Shown here: piece by piece, positions 1 through 9,900 of the stretch
How the letters are laid out: each line of letters opens with the position of its first letter
Numbering within the stretch: the stretch's first letter is position 1
NCBI GenBank assembly: GCA_046597055.1
Contig: JBKJLC010000240.1
Coordinates: forward strand, 1 to 32,731
Source of the DNA: Kofleriaceae bacterium
GTDB lineage: Bacteria; Myxococcota_A; Polyangia; Haliangiales; Haliangiaceae
Length of the DNA stretch: 32,731 bases
Direction of reading: 5' to 3'
Notes under the pieces: model-generated
Database searches by the model: none
What the model saw: the letters and a program-made list of their open reading frames with translations, nothing else
Told to the model about the DNA's origin: nothing
Position numbers and translations under genes: made by a program

Positions 1-170
1 CAGGTGAAGGAGGCCGCGGCGCGCGCCCACGAGCGCGGCGTGCTGGTCGAGGTCTCCGGCGGGATCACGCTGGCCACCATCCGCGCCTATGCCGAGGCCG
101 GGGCCGATCTGATCTCGGTCGGCGCGCTCACCCACTCCGCGCCGGCGGTCGATATCGGCCTCGACTTCGT

Positions 171-174
<4 letters not shown>
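1..174 (+). CDS. nadC: Nicotinate-nucleotide pyrophosphorylase (quinolinate phosphoribosyltransferase), C-terminal fragment, 5'-truncated by the window edge
   Basis: Frame 1 reads [63 protein letters not shown] and [10 protein letters not shown] are characteristic NadC C-terminal motifs. The TGA at 172-174 overlaps the birA GTG (GTGA). Confidence 0.93.
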
Positions 175-926
<752 letters not shown>

Positions 927-1026
927 CCGCGCGACCGGCGGCGGGACGCCCCTGAATCGGGTCTCCCGTGCCGGCGTCCAACCCCGCGTGTCGTCGCCCC
1001 CCGCTTCGCGTGTTACCACCTCCACC

Positions 1027-1671
1027 GTGACCCCCTTTCGCCGAACCCTGGTCGCGCTCGGCGTCGTCGCCGCGATCGCGGTCGCCGTGCTGCTCTGGCT
1101 GCGCCGCGGCACCGGACTCGACGCCCCGCGCAGCGACCCGACCGCCGCCGGCGGCGCGCGGCCGGGCGGCGCCACCGGTGCCAACGGGCGACCGGTGCTG
1201 CAGCCCACCGATCCGACCCCGCCCACGTCCGCGCGCGGCGGCGGTGCGACCGCTGATACCCGCATCCACACCACCGACACCGGCCGCATCGTGCGCGACC
1301 ACCGGCCCGGGCTCAACGAGCACCCGACCCTGTTCCCGGCGCCGCTGCCGCCCGAGCAGCGGACCCTGAACCCGAACGTGACCGCCGCCCTGTACCAGCA
1401 GCTGCGACCGATGGTGAAGGCGTGCGCCGGCGACGTGCCCGCGCGTGATCGTGGCGCCGAGCCGATGGTGATGGTCAGCCTCACGGTCGACATCGCGGGC
1501 GGCAGCCTGACCGCGACCGACGTCAACGCCGGCTCGATGGACGTCTCCGATGGCAGCCGCGAGCGGCTCGCCACCTGCGTGCGCGAGCGCGCTGCCGGGC
1601 TCTCGATGACCACGGCCGACGAGCCGGATCGCAGCAGCTATGTCGTCCAGTTCCCCATGCGGCTCCGATGA
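1027..1671 (+). CDS. Single-pass membrane protein with a C-terminal AgmX/PglI (TonB_C-like) domain
   Basis: N-terminal TM helix (LVALGVVAAIAVAVLLWL), a P/T/G-rich linker, then LRPMVKAC...VMVSLTVD..GG...LATCVRE...YVVQFPMRL. This matches the two-Cys pattern of the myxobacterial AgmX/PglI C-terminal domain. GTG 1027 is preferred over 988. Confidence 0.6.
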   Translation: MTPFRRTLVALGVVAAIAVAVLLWLRRGTGLDAPRSDPTAAGGARPGGATGANGRPVLQPTDPTPPTSARGGGATADTRIHTTDTGRIVRDHRPGLNEHPTLFPAPLPPEQRTLNPNVTAALYQQLRPMVKACAGDVPARDRGAEPMVMVSLTVDIAGGSLTATDVNAGSMDVSDGSRERLATCVRERAAGLSMTTADEPDRSSYVVQFPMRLR

Positions 1672-1881
1672 TGCCCGCCGGGGCCCGAGGTGTGGGGGCG
1701 GCAACACGGTCGCGTGTTGACGCAGCGCGACGTGGCACGCGCGCATGCCCGTGGCAGTGCGTCGCAGGATCTTGCCGCGTATCTGGCGTCGCGTGCGACC
1801 CATGCCTTGCCAGCCGCGGTTATGGCGCGCGTCCTTCGGTGACCCGTGCCGCGTAGTATGTCGCCCTTCGTGCCTCGGCTC

Positions 1882-1910
1882 TTGCCGCCCAAGAACCTGT
1901 TCTGTACAGT
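1882..1910 (+). promoter_or_regulatory. Sigma-70-type promoter for the TPR-tonB-exbBDD operon
   Basis: TTGCCG (1882-1887), a 17-bp spacer, then TACAGT (1905-1910), ending 10 nt before ATG 1921. Confidence 0.5.
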
Positions 1911-1920
1911 GCCGCGTCCT

Positions 1921-2796
1921 ATGAGCCGGCACGGGTTCTTCGTCGTCGTGGCCCTCGCCACCGCGCTTTCCGGCCTCACCGGCTGCGACGAGCTGTCGGC
2001 GCGGTCCAAGGTCCAGGACGGCAACGCCGCCTACGGCGAACAAGAGTTTGAAAAGGCGGTCAAGCGGTACGAGGAGGCGCTCGCCCTCACGCCCACGCTC
2101 GACGTCATCCATCACAACCTCGGGATCGCGTACAGCCGCCTGTTCCACCCGGGCATCGAGACCGACGCGAACAAGTCCATCGCCGAAAAAGCGACCAGCC
2201 ACCTCGCGACCTGGCTCGAGAAGCACCCCAAGGACGCGGAGGTGCGCAAGCTCCTCACCAGCCTGTGGATCGACTCGGGCGACTACCAGACGGCGATCGC
2301 CTTCTGGAAGAAGGAGCACGAGGCCACGCCGGCCGCGCGCGACGTCATCCAGCTGATCGCCGGCATCTATCTCAAGTCGGGTGACTGGCGGTCCGCGGTC
2401 GATTGGTACCGCAAGGATATCGAGGCCGCGCCCGACGCCCCGGCCAAGGTCGCCGCCTACCAGTCGATCGCCAACCTGGCGTTCGGCAAGATCTGGACGA
2501 TGAGCTCGCGCGAGAAGGTCGTTGGCCTCGAGCGCACCGAGCTGGTCGAGATCGGCCTTGAGGCCGCCGGCAAGGGCTTGGAGCTCGACCCGGAAAACCT
2601 GGGTCTGGTCAGCATTTCTCAAGGGTTGTGGATCAATCGCGGCACCGCGCACGGTCCGATGTGGGCTTCGACGATCGATCGCTCGGTCGCTCAGGTCTAT
2701 GGTGAGCGGGCGCGCGTTCTAAGGGAGCAGGCCAAGAAGAACCAGCCCGCGCCCGGAAAGCCCGCCACGTCCGGCGGCTCCGGGAACGGGACCTGA
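1921..2796 (+). CDS. TPR-repeat lipoprotein
   Basis: Signal peptide II MSRHGFFVVVALATALSGLTG-C. TPR helices include GNAAYGEQEFEKAVKRYEEALALTP..HHNLGIAY, GDYQTAIAFWKK and IAGIYLKSGDWRSAVDWYRK. Start moved from 1846 to ATG 1921. Confidence 0.85.
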   Translation: MSRHGFFVVVALATALSGLTGCDELSARSKVQDGNAAYGEQEFEKAVKRYEEALALTPTLDVIHHNLGIAYSRLFHPGIETDANKSIAEKATSHLATWLEKHPKDAEVRKLLTSLWIDSGDYQTAIAFWKKEHEATPAARDVIQLIAGIYLKSGDWRSAVDWYRKDIEAAPDAPAKVAAYQSIANLAFGKIWTMSSREKVVGLERTELVEIGLEAAGKGLELDPENLGLVSISQGLWINRGTAHGPMWASTIDRSVAQVYGERARVLREQAKKNQPAPGKPATSGGSGNGT

Positions 2797-2814
2797 GGCC
2801 GGAACGGAGCTCCA

Positions 2815-3573
2815 ATGTTCGAGAACTTCGAGAACTTCAAGAATCGGAAGACGCCCGTCTGGGTGTACGCCTTGGTCCTGGTCGCGATCACCGCGCACGT
2901 CGCCTTCGGCGGCGTGGTGGTGGTGAGCGACATGTGGAAGGCGCCGCTCCTCGACGTTCCGCCGACCCCGCTCGAGGTCGCGATCGCCCCGGCGCCACCG
3001 CCGCCGCCGCCGCCGCCCAAGGGTGGCCGGAAGCTCGAGACGCAGAAGCCCAAGGAGCCCAAGAAGGTCAAGGTCTCCGAGCCCGTCCAGCCGGTCAAGG
3101 TGGACGTGAACAAGCCGGCCGAGGTCGCCCAGGACACCGGGGCCGATGACCCGGCTGGTGAAGAGGGCGGCGAAGAGGGTGGTGAAGAGGGTGGCGTTGT
3201 CGGTGGTGTGGTTGGCGGGGTCGGCGTCGCGCCGCCGCCGCCGCCGCCGCCGCGGCCGGCCGCGCCCCAGACGGTCGCGCCGACCGCGCTCGACGCGCTC
3301 CGCATCGCCGGCGAGAAGCAGATCATGCCCGACGACGTCACCCGGACCGAGATCCAGCGGTCGGGCAAGACCCAGTTCATGGTGCCGGTGAAGGTCTGTC
3401 TCACCCGCGGTGGCGTGGTCGAGAGCGTCCGCATCATGAAGTCGTCCGGCTTCGCGTCGTACGACCAGAAGCTCGACCGCGAGATCAAGAAGTGGCGCTA
3501 CCGGCCGTTCATGGTGAACGGCCAGGCCGCGCCGGTGTGCTCGGTCGTCAGCTTCGCATACCGCCAGAAGTAG
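2815..3573 (+). CDS. tonB: Energy transducer TonB
   Basis: N-terminal TM helix containing His (ITAHVAF), poly-Pro and KP-rich linker, GEEG/GVVG repeats, and a TonB_C domain (SSGFASYD...KWRYRPFMVNGQA). RBS GGAG upstream. Confidence 0.88.
   Translation: MFENFENFKNRKTPVWVYALVLVAITAHVAFGGVVVVSDMWKAPLLDVPPTPLEVAIAPAPPPPPPPPKGGRKLETQKPKEPKKVKVSEPVQPVKVDVNKPAEVAQDTGADDPAGEEGGEEGGEEGGVVGGVVGGVGVAPPPPPPPRPAAPQTVAPTALDALRIAGEKQIMPDDVTRTEIQRSGKTQFMVPVKVCLTRGGVVESVRIMKSSGFASYDQKLDREIKKWRYRPFMVNGQAAPVCSVVSFAYRQK
3158..3222 (+). repeat. Coding tandem repeat (GEEG)x3 then (GVVG)x2 in the TonB linker
   Basis: ggtgaagagggc ggcgaagagggt ggtgaagagggt ggcgttgtcggt ggtgtggttggc: 12-bp periodicity. Confidence 0.75.
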
Positions 3574-3665
3574 CGACCGCCCCCGTTCGTTCGTTCGTCG
3601 TTGTGTCACCGCGCCCCTGCGCGCTCGCGAACCGCCCCCGCCGATAACAACCGAGGTCTCGAGTC

Positions 3666-4346
3666 ATGGAGCACGGAATCGTCGAAGTCCTGAAGGAAGC
3701 CAGCATCGCGGTCCAGATCACGATGGCTTTCATGCTGCTGCTCTCGATCTACACGGTCTTCCGTGTCATCGAGCGCGTCCTCTCGTATCGCTCCGCGTCT
3801 GACCAGACGATCTCGTTCGTGCTCGGGCTGCGCGGCCACCTGAAGGGCGGCCGCTACGACGACGCGCTCAAGTCGGCTGATGCCCACGGCAAGAGCCCGG
3901 TCGCCAAGGTGATCGGCTCGGCGCTGCGCGCGTACCAGCAGGGCCGCGAGGCGCTGTCGAAGCACGGCCCGAACGACGTGGGCGACTTCGACATCGTCGA
4001 TGCCGTCAACCGCGCGCTCGAGCGGGTCAAGGACCGCGAGACCTCCGGCCTGCGCAAGGGCCTCGCCGGTCTCGGCACGGTGGCGACCACCACCCCGTTC
4101 ATCGGGTTGTTCGGCACCGTCATCGGCATCATCAACGCGTTCGCCCTGCTCAAGGGCAACGCGACCATCGAGGTCATCGGCCCGGCGATCGCCGAGGCGC
4201 TCTACGCGACCGCGTTCGGTCTCCTGGTCGCGATCGTCGCCGCGATGGCGTTCAACTACTGCACGAATCGCGTCGAGGAGATGACGGTCGACATGAACGA
4301 CATCTCGTCCGAGTTTCTCGACGTGGTCCTGCGCGAGGGACGCTGA
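3666..4346 (+). CDS. exbB: MotA/TolQ/ExbB proton channel protein
   Basis: Three TM segments, with signatures TTPFIGLFGTVIGII and IAEALYATAFGL. Confidence 0.92.
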   Translation: MEHGIVEVLKEASIAVQITMAFMLLLSIYTVFRVIERVLSYRSASDQTISFVLGLRGHLKGGRYDDALKSADAHGKSPVAKVIGSALRAYQQGREALSKHGPNDVGDFDIVDAVNRALERVKDRETSGLRKGLAGLGTVATTTPFIGLFGTVIGIINAFALLKGNATIEVIGPAIAEALYATAFGLLVAIVAAMAFNYCTNRVEEMTVDMNDISSEFLDVVLREGR

Positions 4347-4349
4347 GCC

Positions 4350-4847
4350 ATGGCGGGCGGGGCTCGCCGGGGAGGCGGTGGGGCTGGCCACCGGCCCCGC
4401 ATTCACAAGACCAAGAAGGCGAGCTACACGCCCCCCAAGAGTGACATCAACGTCACCCCGCTCGTCGACGTCGTCCTGGTGCTGCTGATCATCTTCATGG
4501 TGATCACGCCGATGATGTCGCGCGGCAAGGACGTCCAGCTGCCCAAGACCGACACGCACTACAACCGCAAGGACAAGATGCAGCCGGTCGTCGTGGTCGA
4601 TGACCGCGGCGTTCTCTACTACGAGAAGGACAAGCTCGGCGACATCAGCCCCGACACCCTGGCCACCTTGAAGGACCGCATCACCCGCGGCTGGGCCAAG
4701 GTGAAGGACCAGGAGAACGCGAACCGCGTCTACCTGAAGGCGTCCAAGGACGTGCCCTACGAGAAGGTCTACCCGGTCCTGATGGCGATCAATGACATGG
4801 GCGTCCAGTCGATCGACCTCGGCACCAACGAGCGGGAGGCCAAGTAG
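4350..4847 (+). CDS. exbD: ExbD/TolR family protein (first copy)
   Basis: SDINVTPLVDVVLVLLIIFMVITP with the conserved TM Asp, and periplasmic LKASKDVPY. Confidence 0.92.
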   Translation: MAGGARRGGGGAGHRPRIHKTKKASYTPPKSDINVTPLVDVVLVLLIIFMVITPMMSRGKDVQLPKTDTHYNRKDKMQPVVVVDDRGVLYYEKDKLGDISPDTLATLKDRITRGWAKVKDQENANRVYLKASKDVPYEKVYPVLMAINDMGVQSIDLGTNEREAK

Positions 4848-4849
4848 TC

Positions 4850-5341
4850 ATGGGCATGCAGATGGGCACCTCGGGCGGGGTCAAGAATGACATCAACGTC
4901 ACGCCCCTCATCGACGTGGTGCTGGTCCTCCTGATCATCTTCCTCGTCACGATGCCGATCATGATGCGGACGATCACCCTCGAGGTGCCGCGCAAGCTCA
5001 ACGATGCGACCGAGGTCGCGGCCAACACCAAGCAGATCACGGTGCTGGTGAGGCGAGATCTCACCGTCATGCTCAACACGGGCGACCGCGAGATCGAGAT
5101 CCCGATGATCGAGCTGACCAAGACGCTCGTGCCGCTGCTCCAGGAGCGCAAGACCGACAAGCTGGTCTTCGTGGACTTCGAAGAGGCGGTGCCGTGGGGC
5201 GAGGTGGTGTCGGCGATGGACTCGATCCGCCGCGTCGCCGCCGATCAGGCCCGGCAGCAGGACCCGAACTCGGGGACGGATCCGATCGACATCAAGGTCG
5301 CGCTCAAGATGAAGGAAGAGGAGAAGCCGCCCGCGCCGTGA
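4850..5341 (+). CDS. exbD: ExbD/TolR family protein (second copy)
   Basis: NDINVTPLIDVVLVLLIIFLVTMP with the conserved TM Asp, and VPWGEVVSAMD. Confidence 0.9.
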   Translation: MGMQMGTSGGVKNDINVTPLIDVVLVLLIIFLVTMPIMMRTITLEVPRKLNDATEVAANTKQITVLVRRDLTVMLNTGDREIEIPMIELTKTLVPLLQERKTDKLVFVDFEEAVPWGEVVSAMDSIRRVAADQARQQDPNSGTDPIDIKVALKMKEEEKPPAP

Positions 5342-5373
5342 CGCCGCCCTGGGGCGTCGCGGCTGCTCGATCA

Positions 5374-5401
5374 ACGGGCCTCGGTTCACGCCGGGGCCCG
5401 T
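5374..5401 (+). terminator. Stem-loop after the second exbD (putative terminator or mRNA stabiliser)
   Basis: acgggcctcgg-ttcacg-ccggggcccgt: 11-bp stem with one G-U pair and only a weak U tract. Confidence 0.5.
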
Positions 5402-5605
5402 GGTCGTTTCGGGTCGCTTGCGGCCCGCGCGGGCGGCGCGTGCGACAGAAGTGCGAACCGGCCGTGACTGCGACCGCTGCTGTGGTCACGGGTGGTGAGA
5501 GACCCACCGCTTCACGGCTGCGTCGAGTCGGTGATATCGAGGGGCGATGCCACTTGCCCCTCCCTTCCATCGGATGCCGAGGTTGTGATGTGGGGAAGCG
5601 TGCTC

Positions 5606-5643
5606 GGATGTGCTTGACATCCACTCACGCACACGAGTAATAC
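5606..5643 (+). promoter_or_regulatory. Promoter of the lipoprotein-oar pair, with an overlapping palindrome
   Basis: Perfect TTGACA at 5614-5619 and AT-rich GTAATA at about 5637-5642. Inverted repeat GGATGT-N5-ACATCC (5606-5622) covers the -35 box. Confidence 0.5.
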
Positions 5644-5722
5644 GCACGAGATTCTGAGCGGTTGCGCTCACTTCGAGGGAACCGCGAGAGCCCATATGAG
5701 CTTGCGACGGAGCATACGAAAC

Positions 5723-6934
5723 ATGGCCAATTTCACTAGCCTGGTGCTCGGTACGAGCGCCCTGGCGCTTCTCGCGGCCGCCTGCGAGACCCCAGTGTCG
5801 ACCACAGGGCTCAACCCCGAAGGTCCACCGATGATCACCCAGGTCTTCCTCAAGGAGAGGCAGATCACCGACCCGGCGACCGGCGCCTACCGCGACGTGC
5901 GCATCCTCGCCTTCGGCACCCACCCCGGCGTGCTCCCCGAGCTGCAGAAGAGCACCGACGCGTCGATCGTCGTGGGCCAGCAGTTCCGCGTCGTCGTCGA
6001 CGAGCTGCTCATCGGCAACTACCTCGAGGAGGTCGCCTGCCGCAGCCGGAACGGCTGCGTCGTGGACGGCGGCTACTCGCGCGTGCCCGAGGGCGCGACG
6101 CCCGACGACATCGCCAACTGCATCGTCTCGGACGACCTCCTCGTCTCGACCTGCACCGGCGAGCACGCGGTCTGCCTCGATGGGGCCGGCGTGCCGTGCG
6201 GCGTGCTCGACGACAACCCCAAGGACAGCGCGATCGATTCGCTGCGCTTCATCCAGGGCCAGGTGAAGCTGATCTGCGAGAACCCCACCGCCACGCCCCC
6301 GACGCGCTTCGAGATCGACATGGAGCAGACCGCGTCCTACTGGCAGCCGTCGGGCAACCAGTTCGCGCCGCCGGGCACCGACCCGTCGGGCCTGCTCGGC
6401 CCGGCGCTCGTCCTCAAGCCGGTGAGCAACACGATGCCGGCGCGGCCGGTGCTGCCGACCAGCCAGACCTGCCGCCTCTGGTTTGCCAGCGACGTGACCG
6501 ACAAGGAGCACCTGCCGCTGTGCACGCCGCCCGAGGGCGACATGAACCAGGCCTGCGCCGCCGCCGGTGACGTCAGCGGGTTCACCTTCAAGACCATCGG
6601 CCTCACCACCACCGGCAGCGTGCCGCGGCCCAACACGATGGGCGCGCCGCGTGGCAATCCGATCTTGTTCTTCTTCAACACCACCATCGACGACCTGCGC
6701 TCGAAGACGCTGACCGTCATGGCCGGGGCCTCGGTGGTGCCGGCGTCCGCCTACACGGTCACGATCGCCACCGACACCAACCACTCGAGCGGGCTCACCA
6801 TCACGATGACTGCGCCCCTGGCCGCGGCCACGCAGTACACGGTCACGCTCACCGGCCTCGCCGACCTCTACGGCGTGCCGCCGGCTGCCCCGGTCACCCT
6901 CACGTTCACCACCGCCCCTGCCGCCGCCAACTGA
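5723..6934 (+). CDS. Cys-rich lipoprotein with a C-terminal Ig-like (Big_5/SbsA-type) domain
   Basis: Signal II MANFTSLVLGTSALALLAAA-C with GGAG at 5709-5712. Ten further Cys. The C-terminus GSVPRPN...ILFFFN...PLAAATQYTVTLTGLADLYG...LTFTT is typical of Big_5 domains. Confidence 0.8.
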   Translation: MANFTSLVLGTSALALLAAACETPVSTTGLNPEGPPMITQVFLKERQITDPATGAYRDVRILAFGTHPGVLPELQKSTDASIVVGQQFRVVVDELLIGNYLEEVACRSRNGCVVDGGYSRVPEGATPDDIANCIVSDDLLVSTCTGEHAVCLDGAGVPCGVLDDNPKDSAIDSLRFIQGQVKLICENPTATPPTRFEIDMEQTASYWQPSGNQFAPPGTDPSGLLGPALVLKPVSNTMPARPVLPTSQTCRLWFASDVTDKEHLPLCTPPEGDMNQACAAAGDVSGFTFKTIGLTTTGSVPRPNTMGAPRGNPILFFFNTTIDDLRSKTLTVMAGASVVPASAYTVTIATDTNHSSGLTITMTAPLAAATQYTVTLTGLADLYGVPPAAPVTLTFTTAPAAAN

Positions 6935-6942
6935 GGAAGTCC

Positions 6943-9900
6943 ATGAAGACGCACAAGCTACTGCTCGCGGTGGTTCTGGGTGGCACCGGGACCCTGGCCG
7001 GAGGCCTCGTGGCCCCGTCCGCCGTCCACGCCCAGAGCTCGACCAGCGGCGCCATCCAGGGCCGGATCACGGACACCAAGACCGGCGAGCCGCTCGCCGG
7101 CGTGACGATCGTCGCCACCTCGGGTGCCTCGTCGCAGACCGGCATCACCGAGGACGACGGCACCTACAAGATCACTGGTCTGCCGCCCGGCGACTACCTG
7201 GTGACCTTCTTCTTCGGCGACTCGACCATCGAGCGCAAGGGCGTGAACGTCGGCGTCCAGAAGACCACCCCGGTCTTCCAGAAGATCGACACCCAGTCGG
7301 CGGTCAGCGAGACGATCTACGTCGACGACAAGGCGCCGGCGATCGACCCGACCTCGACCAGCCAGGGCATCACGATCGACCGCGAGTACACGAAGAACAT
7401 CCCGGTGCCCGGTCGCACCTTCGAGTCGGCGCTGGGCGCCGCGGCCGGTTCCCAGAACGACGGCGTCGGCGTCGCGTTCTCGGGCTCGAGCTCGCTCGAG
7501 AACCAGTACTACGTCGACGGTGTCAACACGACCGGCCTGCGTTACGGCTCGGTCGGCTCGCCCGTGATCAACGAGTTCATCGAGGAGATCGAGGTCATCA
7601 CCGGCGGTTACAACGCCGAGTACGGGCGCGCGACCGGTGGCGTCGTCAACGTCGTCACCAAGACCGGCACCAACGAGTTCGAGGGCGTGGTGTTCGTCTA
7701 CGCCAAGCCCGGCTTCCTGAGCGCCGCGCGCGACCGGACCCCGACCGAGGCCAGCTCGATCGACGCGCGGGCCGATCTCACGGTCGACACGAACGGCGGT
7801 GCGATCATCAGCGGCCCGGTGATCAAGGACAAGCTGTGGTTCGTGATCGCCGCGGCGCCATCGTACACGCAGACCACGATCACGCGCACCACCAAGCGCC
7901 GCACCGACTGTCGGAAGGTGTTGGACTCCGGTGCGCTGTCCAACTGTGATCCACGCACGAGTACAGCGGGCGGCTTCGCCGACGGCCAGCCGGACGTCGA
8001 TCCCGAGACCGGCTTCTACTTCGTCGACGAGCTGCATACCCGCAAGCTCCGCCCGTACGCCTACGGAGCCAACCTGCTCGGCAAGCTCAACTACGCGGTC
8101 TCGCCCGAGCAGCAGGGCCAGCTGAGCGTCACCGCGCTGCCCAGCGAAAGCCATGGCTACGGGGTCTACGGCCTGCCCAGCACGACCAACTTCGACGCGT
8201 CGTCGCTGACGGCCGACGTCTCGGCCAAGTGGACCTCGAAGTTCAACGACAACAAGACCGAGGTCGAGGCTGTGGTCGGCTGGCACGGCGACCGCGCCAA
8301 GCAGCAGACCCGTGACGTCGCCGCCCGGACCATCCCGCAAGAGCACCTGCTGTTCGGCAACCTCGGGCAGTGGAGCCGCATCACCGGCGCCAACGAGGCC
8401 ATGGAGACCCAGGCCGGCTGCGCCGACGGCGCCGGGTCGGGCGATCCCTACGAGCTGATCGAGAACTGCCCGGACGAGGGCGTCGGCTACCGCGTCGGCG
8501 GTGGCGGTGGCTTTGTCGACGACGTCGAGGATCGCTACGCGGCCAAGCTGTCGCTGACCCAGCGGGTCAAGGCGCTCGGGAGCCACGAGATCAAGGCCGG
8601 CGTCGACATCGAGGACAACCGGCTCCGCCAGCCGCGCGCCTACACCGGCGGCGTCTTCTTCCAGAACCGCCTCGATCGCGACATCGTGTTCGCGAATCGC
8701 TGGGTCCAGGTCGCACCGGCCGGCACCACCGACCGCAAGTTCGACATGGAGTGCGGCGACATGACGACCCCGGTCGCGTGCCGCTTCATCGGTCAGACCG
8801 GCGAGGGAGCCGAGGTGAATGGCCAGACCGTCAACTGGTCGGCCTACCTGCGCGACTCCTGGCAGATCCGTCCCAACCTGACGTTCAACTACGGCATGCG
8901 CTACGAGGAGCAGCGCCTGCGCTTCGCCGAGTACCTGCGCGACGAGCTCGACCCGGTCACGAGCAAGCCGTACGGCAAGAACGCGATGGAGCTCACCAAC
9001 ATGTGGGCGCCCCGGCTCGGCCTGCTCTACGACTGGACCCGCGAGGGTCGCTCGAAGATCTACGGTCACTGGGGACGGTTCTACGAGTCGGTCCCGATGA
9101 ACATCAACGCTCGCTCGTTCGCGGGCGAGGTCAACTACCGGGCCCAGTTTTCGACCGCGCAGGGCCCGGGCGATCCCAGGCCGCCCTGTGGTACTGCGCC
9201 CGAGGGCTACGGCGGTCCCAGCGGCAACGGCTGCGACCCGACCATGCCCAACTCGACCGATCTGGTCGGCATCAACGGCTCGCTGGTCGCGCCCGGCATC
9301 AAGCCGCAGTACATGGACGAGGCCATCCTGGGCGTCGAGTACGAGATCGCCGAGGACCTCAAGCTCGGCGTCGCCTACCAGAACCGCAGCGTCGGCCGGG
9401 TGATCGAGGACGTGTCGACCGACAACGCCAACACGTACATCATCGCCAACCCCGGGGAATGGTCGACCGAAGAGGAGACCAAGCTCCAGGCGCGGATCGA
9501 CGGCACCGACGACGTGGCCGAGAAGGCGCGGCTCCAGCGGCTGATGAACTTCTTCAAGGACATCCGGGTCTTCGACCCGCCAACCCGCGACTACCACGCG
9601 CTGCAGTTCACGGTCACCCGCCGCTTCTCGAAGGCGCTTTACCTGCAGGGCAGCTACACCTACTCGAAGACGGTCGGTAACTACCCGGGCCTCATCTCGT
9701 ACGACAACGGCCAGGTCGATCCCAACATCTCGTCGCAGTACGACCTGGTCGAGCTGCTGGCCAACCGCTACGGCCCGCTGCCGCAGGATCGCCCGCACTA
9801 CATCAAGGTCGACGGTTACTACACGTTCGATCTCAAGCAGGCCGGCGAGCTGACCACCGGCGTCCGCGCCCGCGCGCTGTCGGGCGTGCCCCGCGACGTG

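Noticed and set aside
1733..1766. TGGCACG and TGGCAG sequences resembling sigma-54 promoters upstream of the TPR gene
   Set aside because: GG-to-GC spacing is 11 and 9 nt, not the obligatory 10.
2818..2843. Tandem ttcgagaac repeat at the tonB start (FENFENFKN), and gttc x3 at about 3585-3596
   Set aside because: Too short. The first is in-frame coding and there is no evidence of a phase-variation role.
3666..5341. Assignment as Tol-Pal (tolQRA) or definitively as aglRQS
   Set aside because: There is no tolB or pal, and no glt gene cluster in the window. Linkage to TonB and an Oar-like transporter favours a Ton system; phylogeny is needed.
5440..5600. Cobalamin riboswitch upstream of a TonB-dependent transporter
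   Set aside because: Only scattered fragments match. The AGGGAA core and B12 box are absent, and the best promoter lies downstream. Kept only as an unassigned structured region.
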